In this document: in pieces, positions 59,801 through 64,000 of the stretch
How the letters are laid out: each line of letters starts with the position of its first letter
How positions within the stretch are numbered: the first letter of the stretch is position 1
Notes under the pieces: generated by a model
Databases searched by the model: none
The model's input: only the letters and a program-made list of their open reading frames with translations
Told to the model about the DNA's origin: nothing
Made by a program: the position numbers and the translations under genes
Assembly: GCA_002269645.1 (NCBI GenBank)
Contig: NIVC01000852.1
Location: 149,644-213,643, forward strand
Direction: 5' to 3'
From: Macrostomum lignano
Taxonomy: Eukaryota
Length of the DNA: 64,000 nucleotides

Positions 59801-62800
59801 AACGGAGCTGTGAGGGAGGGGCGGCCCCCTTAAAGCATCGGAGCTGTGAGGGAGGGGCGGCCCCCTTAAAGCATCGGAGCTGTGAGGGAGGGACGGTCCC
59901 CTTAAGAAACGGACGCAGACCTGCACCCGATCGCCAACTTTCAAGGCGGCAGAGCGGGTCAGAGATCGGCGCTGCCGACCAGCGGTTGAATCGTCGCCAC
60001 CATGGCCGTGTTCGCCCCGACCGAACCGTTCTCCATCGGCGTCTTCTCCGCTTCGAGCCGCAGCTCTACTCCTTGATGGCAGCAGCTCCAGCTGGGCGAA
60101 TCGAGCCCAGTAAACTACAGGCGGCTGCGGCGGATCCTCGCTGCCGCCGCCGCCGCCACCGCCGCGGTGCCAGGCGACGCGCACATTCAAATCGTGCAGA
60201 TCGTCGCAATCGATCGACACCACCTGGCCGACGTCGCCGGCCCGAACAACGCCTTGGTAGTCGCGCAGGCAGCGGACACGCGATCCGACTCGAACCAACG
60301 ACTTAACGTAGCTGGCGTATTCATCTATTGTAGGAAAATCGCCGATTGTCTTGTAGCTGCCGGAGCCGCTAGCTCCGCTTGAGTCGGCGCTGATCCAGTT
60401 CTCGTCATCCTCATCGTCGTCTTCCTCACCGTCAAGATCATCATCGTCGTTGTCATCATCATCAGTTGAGCAGATCGAAGGCGCCCGCTGCTCAGTAGGC
60501 GTAGCGTCGCCTCCATCGCTGCCGACGCCGTCGCCGGTCCCCGATTCGGGGTTTTCTATCAGCCATTCAACTACGGCGTCGCAGCTCGGCAGCTGCTGGT
60601 CTCCGCCGCGGGTCAGCCGGCTGCCAAACGATCGGCCGAGCGCCGCGATGGCGCGTTGAATTGCCCGCTGAGGGAATCCCATCTCTAGCACTGGGGCCAG
60701 CTGCAACGGCAGGACAAACGACGGCGAGCCGCCGCCAGTCGGCTTCCCGTCACTGCCAGATTGTCGTCCCCGACGCTGCTCGCGACGGCGTCGACTGTCT
60801 TCGCCACGCCGAGGATGCTGCCGACGCTGTCGACGATGCTGGCGTTGTCGATCTTCGCCGCCTGTCGACGAGCCGAAGGCCGGCGCGGATGCCACGTTCA
60901 GCAGGCGGCGATCGACGGACGTCTCTGCGGACACCGCCGTCGACGAGGCCGACGCTGTCAGGCCGGTGGATTTTGGTATCCTCGCCTGCGGCGGCAGCGC
61001 CATCTGGTTGCCACCGTCGTCCTGCCGACGGCAGTTCAGCGAGGCCAATAGATAATGCTCGTGGTTCACAATGGCGGAGTCGATCTCGACGGCGGAGTAG
61101 CCGGGCCGCAGGCGGCTGGGCTGGACGGCCACGGAGAGGAGCTGGCGATACTTTGATAAGGAGTCGCCAAGCCAGCCGAGCCAGCCAGCCTGCAGACGCT
61201 CGCCCAGGGTCAGCAGCGCCCGAGCAGTAAAAGATTCAACTAGCAGCGACGTGGAAGCCGCAGTTTCATCGAGTTCTTTGGATTCTTCTTTTTCTATCGG
61301 TCCATTTCTAGCCGACTTCAGTACCAAGCGTTCAACAATGCGGCGCAATGCATCGGCACCGTCAGGATTGTCAACGAAGAGAGCTCCGAGAGTCTCAGCG
61401 TCCAATTGAACACCGCGGGTGGCGCCGGCCGGCAAGGCGTCGAGTTTCAGCCGGATCGCAGCAGCAGCCGCCGCCGACGTCGAGGTCGCTTTCGACAAAG
61501 TCAACTGGCCGCCATTGGAGATTTGCTGAACCACGGCCAGGCCAACGTCGGAGGCTTCCGCGTCGCCGTCGATATCGGCCTCATCGTCGGCTGCGTCGGC
61601 GTCGGCTGAAGCGCCGAGGCAGACTAGGCTGCCAACGTAGACCCTGGGCTCCAGGTCGCAGACTAGACAGGCCAGGCTCAGGCCGCGAGGAAAGGCCTTC
61701 GACGCTTTGCCAGAGTCCAGAGCGTCGGCCAGATCGACTAGGCGTCGACGGGCCTCGCCAAGGAGGAGCGGCCGCCAGACGCCCGAATTGGCAAACAGTC
61801 GCAGCACGCAGAGGGCTTCCTGGCAGTAGGCGGAATACATTGGCGCAGTCAGTGGCACGTCGGGCCGATTGCAAAGTACGTCGTTTTTGCAGGCGCCCGG
61901 GTCGGCTTGAAATCCGGCTAGCAAAGCGTCGCAACGTTGCCATAGCAACTGCACTAAGGCCGGTTCGGGTCGGATCCGATCGGCAGACGCGGCCGTGAGA
62001 ATGTGCAGCAGTCTGAGCAGGCCCAGCTGATATTCGAAAGTGCGCGAACTGAGCTGCGGCTTACCCTGCTTGTCGAAGAGCCGGACCTAGCAACAGAAAA
62101 AGGCGCGAACAGTTAGTTTAAATCATCTATTCCATGATAATAATGAAAAAACTGGGCGGCAGTTCCAATTACTCGAAAAATCCCACGGACTATCTCACAC
62201 CGCGTACCTCAGAATTACATCCTGAATATCACATCTAAGACAACATTAACACAAATACCACATAATCTCACCCAGATACCACATAATCTCACCCAGATGC
62301 CACAGAATCTCACCCCAGATACCATATATTGTCACCCCAGATACCACAGAATCTCACCCCAGATACCATAGAATCTCACCCCAGATACCACGTAATCTCA
62401 CCCAGATGCTACAGAATCTCACCCCAGATGCCATAGAATCTCACCCCAGAAACCATAGAATCTCACCCCAGATACCATAGAATCTCACACCAGATACCAT
62501 ATAATGTCACCCCAGATACCACAGAATCTCACCCCAGATGCCATAGAATCTCACACCAGATACCATATAATGTCACCCCAGATACCACAGAATCTCACCC
62601 CAGATACCATAGAATCTCACCCCAGATACCACGTAATCTCACCCAGATGCTACAGAATCTCACCCCAGATACCATAGAATCTCACCCCAGAAACCATAGA
62701 ATCTCACCCCAGATACCATAGAATCTCACACCAGATACCATATAATGTCACCCCAGATACCACAGAATCTCACCCCAGATACCATAGAATCTCACCCCAG

Positions 62801-63660
62801 ATACCACTTAACTCAGATATGAAAGAAAATCAGCCAAATTTAAAGAAACTACAAAAATGCACTCCTGGAGTTAAAGGTCGAAAGAGATCTCAGAGTATTA
62901 AAGGTACTCTAATTTTCAATACTTTGACCTTCCAACGCACCAGCAGGCCGACCCATTTATCGGTCACCAGCCTACGAACAAAGGCTTTGCAACAGCATAG
63001 TCGGAGGATCAGCTTCAAGCTGAACCAGCCGCCGTTGCCGCCGGCATCGCCGCCTTCGAGACACGAGGCCAGAGCGTCGTAGACGAACGCAGCCAGACGG
63101 TCCCAGCAGCGCTGGTCCAAGCAGTCGGGCTGGCTGGCCACCCGGTGCAGCAGGCCGACACGCCACGCCGAGCAGATCCGCCGCAGGCCGCAGTCCGGAT
63201 GTCTGGCCTCACTCTCAACGGCACGACGCCGACGCTCCTGTTGAAGTCGACGACGCGCGTCGGTCGATAATTTCGATTTTGATCGGCGACGACGTCGATA
63301 GTTTTGGTGTCGACGATGTCGCCTATCGGCGACGTTGCTGGCGTCGTCGTCCAGTTTCTGTTGCCGCTGGTCGGCGCCGTCGACAACAGCGACGACGTTC
63401 GAGACCTCGCCGTCGACCTCGTAGTCAATATCATTGTCGCTGAAATCGACACTGTCGTCAAATTGGCTAATGTCGTCGTCAAAATCTTCGTCATCGTCAT
63501 CGTCCTCCTCGGAGATCAAGGGGGGCTCGGCCAGCTTCAAATCGTATTTGCCTTCCCGGCCCATCCTGTAGGAGTTGGTGCCGCCGCTGTCCCAGTTCAC
63601 CCGGATCCAGCCGTCGTCGCCTAGTTCGCCGACAATTGTGCCAACGCTGTTGCCATCGTC
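38419..63660 (-). CDS. HERC2: E3 ubiquitin-protein ligase HERC2, last 18 coding exons, 5'-partial
   Basis: Exons join in frame to 9777 nt. Domain order MIB/HERC2 ([27 protein letters not shown]), UBA-like, CPH, ZZ, DOC, RCC1-like RLD2 and RLD3, HECT ([17 protein letters not shown], catalytic Cys kept) matches HERC2. Confidence 0.97.
38893..39670. repeat. 14-bp array grading into a 30-bp array, last HERC2 intron
   Basis: cattatgtcactct, then tcttcatgatgtcattgtcattgatgtcac from ~39480. Confidence 0.93.
39837..40612 (-). CDS. HERC2: HERC2 exon (HECT)
   Basis: gcccag|GTG ... AG|gtgaga; phase 0-2; [29 protein letters not shown]. Confidence 0.96.
40971..41220 (-). CDS. HERC2: HERC2 exon (HECT start)
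   Basis: acaaag|A ... ATG|gtgagt; phase 2-0; [21 protein letters not shown]. Confidence 0.92.
41324..41448 (-). CDS. HERC2: HERC2 exon, absent from the ORF track
   Basis: ttgcag|GCA ... AG|gtttgt; phase 0-2; [27 protein letters not shown]. Confidence 0.92.
41487..41755 (-). mobile_element. CORE-type tRNA-SINE, copy 1 (B-box region deleted)
   Basis: Homologous to 51581-51882. Minus-strand CCTTGAGCAAGACACTTAACTCTGCATTGCTTCAGTTCACCCAGCTGTAAAATGGGT at 41708-41652 resembles the MIR CORE as recalled. (TTA)n tail. Confidence 0.8.
41933..42519 (-). CDS. HERC2: HERC2 exon (RLD3 end)
   Basis: tcccag|GC ... CAG|gttaga; phase 1-0; [10 protein letters not shown]...[10 protein letters not shown]. Confidence 0.95.
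44325..44690. repeat. 36-bp minisatellite, HERC2 intron
   Basis: atcctcccagctaggtcatagactatttggtcatta. Confidence 0.9.
44712..44910 (-). CDS. HERC2: HERC2 exon (RLD3)
   Basis: cgccag|GGC ... G|gtgaga; phase 0-1; GRYGRLGH...ACGSGDAQT. Confidence 0.95.
45040..45738. repeat. 15-bp minisatellite, HERC2 intron
   Basis: ggatttcagttccgg. Confidence 0.93.
45788..46342 (-). CDS. HERC2: HERC2 exon (RLD3)
   Basis: ccacag|GTG ... AAG|gtgaga; [13 protein letters not shown]. Confidence 0.95.
46430..47045. repeat. 20-bp minisatellite, HERC2 intron
   Basis: ccccaactgctatcacatct. Confidence 0.95.
47655..48545. repeat. 23-24-bp G-rich minisatellite, HERC2 intron
   Basis: ggggagggtggcagctgaaggat(c). Confidence 0.95.
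48647..49006 (-). CDS. HERC2: HERC2 exon
   Basis: cgacag|GGT ... CTG|gttagt; [30 protein letters not shown]. Confidence 0.92.
49060..49858. repeat. 25-bp degenerate minisatellite, HERC2 intron
   Basis: gcagaagggattccccatcatatca. Confidence 0.9.
49919..51535 (-). CDS. HERC2: HERC2 exon (RLD2 end and inter-RLD region)
   Basis: tcccag|GGC ... GAG|gtgggc; [45 protein letters not shown]. Confidence 0.93.
51581..51882 (-). mobile_element. CORE-type tRNA-SINE, copy 2
   Basis: Minus-strand head TAGCCTAGTGCTTAGAGCGTCGGACTCGCGACTTGAAGGTCGGGGGTTCG, CORE-like block at 51799-51740, (TTA)n tail. Confidence 0.85.
51912..52271 (-). CDS. HERC2: HERC2 exon (RLD2)
   Basis: tcgcag|GTG ... CAG|gtaagg; CGSRDAQT...[12 protein letters not shown]. 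Confidence 0.95.
52395..52870. repeat. 18-bp minisatellite, HERC2 intron
   Basis: agaatagacaaggcggtg. Confidence 0.9.
52992..53195 (-). CDS. HERC2: HERC2 exon (RLD2), not shown in this frame in the ORF track
   Basis: atgtag|GAT ... CAG|gtgcgc; [10 protein letters not shown]...ACGSSHSAA...[14 protein letters not shown]. Confidence 0.93.
53288..53992. repeat. Spaced quasi-palindromic TTCGATACATATCGG motifs (~10) on both sides of a HERC2 exon
   Basis: Copies at 53288, 53328 (variant), 53371, 53415, 53459, ~53500 (partial), 53840, 53888 (variant), 53934, 53979. Confidence 0.85.
53602..53724 (-). CDS. HERC2: HERC2 exon (RLD2)
   Basis: ttccag|ATA ... CAG|gtgaga; [13 protein letters not shown]...[12 protein letters not shown]. 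Confidence 0.93.
54034..54462 (-). CDS. HERC2: HERC2 exon (DOC end, RLD2 start)
   Basis: ccacag|GTA ... AAG|gtaatg; [13 protein letters not shown]. Confidence 0.93.
54520..55062. repeat. 21-bp minisatellite with a CACGTG core, HERC2 intron
   Basis: cacgtgactttctagagttat; a ~166-bp higher-order block is repeated (54601 vs 54767). Confidence 0.93.
55146..55379 (-). CDS. HERC2: HERC2 exon (DOC)
   Basis: ttgtag|TTG ... AAG|gtgggt; [18 protein letters not shown]. Confidence 0.9.
55650..56275. repeat. 20-bp minisatellite, HERC2 intron
   Basis: caagtgactctggggtgacg. Confidence 0.95.
56538..56873 (-). CDS. HERC2: HERC2 exon (DOC/APC10 start)
   Basis: tgccag|GTG ... AAG|gtgaaa; CWRS...HWIRLEM. Confidence 0.88.
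56925..57620. repeat. 54-bp minisatellite, ~13 copies, abutting a HERC2 donor site
   Basis: aaagaccataccgaatcaaccagacaccggaagtgattcaagactcaaactgac. Confidence 0.96.
57622..57972 (-). CDS. HERC2: HERC2 exon (ZZ zinc finger)
   Basis: ccgcag|GTC ... CCG|gtgagt; [12 protein letters not shown]...CRVC...CEAC...H..H. Confidence 0.93.
58030..59905. repeat. 33-bp G-rich minisatellite with higher-order blocks, HERC2 intron
   Basis: gagtgagggaggggcggccccattaaagcatcg; near-identical blocks start at ~58057, 58657 and 59334. Confidence 0.96.
59921..62086 (-). CDS. HERC2: HERC2 exon (UBA-like and CPH domain)
   Basis: tgctag|GTC ... CAG|gtctgc; phase 0-0; [30 protein letters not shown]. Confidence 0.9.
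62265..62812. repeat. 22-bp minisatellite, HERC2 intron
   Basis: atctcaccccagataccataga. Confidence 0.93.
62941..63660 (-). CDS. HERC2: HERC2 exon (end of MIB/HERC2 domain)
   Basis: ccgcag|GAC ... CTG|gtgcgt; phase 0-0. Confidence 0.9.
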
Positions 63661-63734
63661 CTGCGGCCGGGTTTATCGGGGGATTTATGGGTGTTCGCTT
63701 AGTCTAAGGGGTTTTCCGTCATGGTTATAGGATA

Positions 63735-64000
63735 GCATAGGGAAGCTGGATTCCCACTGAGTCATTCGGTCATAGGGAAGCTGGACTCCCACTGAGTCAT
63801 TCGGTCATAGGGAAGCTGGATTCCCACTGAGTCATTCGGTCATAGGGAAGCTGGACTCCCACTGAGTCATTCGGTCATAGGGAAGCTGGATTCCCACTGA
63901 GTCATTCGGTCATAGGGAAGCTGGATTCCCACTGAGTCATTCGGTCATAGGAAGGCTGGATTCCCACTGAGTCATTCGGTCATAGGAAGGCTGGATTCCC
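63735..64000. repeat. 35-bp minisatellite running off the window end, HERC2 intron
   Basis: catagggaagctggattcccactgagtcattcggt. Confidence 0.95.

Noticed and set aside
55535-59920. Repetitive ORFs ([30 protein letters not shown]) and the C-terminal extension of the 742-aa ORF
   Set aside because: These are intronic 20- and 33-bp arrays. HERC2 splices 59921->57972 giving [12 protein letters not shown], which matches the conserved sequence.

Overview
Eukaryotic (metazoan) genomic DNA with spliceosomal GT-AG introns. GC-rich exons with poly-Ala/Pro/Gln tracts and introns filled with minisatellites suggest a free-living flatworm such as Macrostomum lignano; this is an inference from style and was not checked by search. 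Two large convergent genes were reconstructed by hand with consistent splice phases. CNOT1 (+) has 13 coding exons at 5621-23663 (7617 nt, 2538 aa plus stop), and its first ~35 codons lie outside the recognisable sequence. HERC2 (-) has its last 18 coding exons at 63660-38419 (9777 nt, 3258 aa plus stop), covering the end of MIB/HERC2, a UBA-like segment, CPH, ZZ, DOC, RLD2, RLD3 and HECT. The best hidden feature lies in the ~15 kb between them: a spliced minus-strand neuropeptide prohormone gene. It has a signal-peptide exon (31208-31134) and an exon (28402-27857) encoding 18 copies of FDPLIM, each flanked by basic cleavage sites. That exon looks like one more minisatellite but shows coding constraint. 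The window also holds two CORE-type tRNA-SINE copies, one other tRNA-SINE and about 38 distinct tandem arrays. Most long ORFs in the supplied track are repeat artefacts. Repeat boundaries are approximate.
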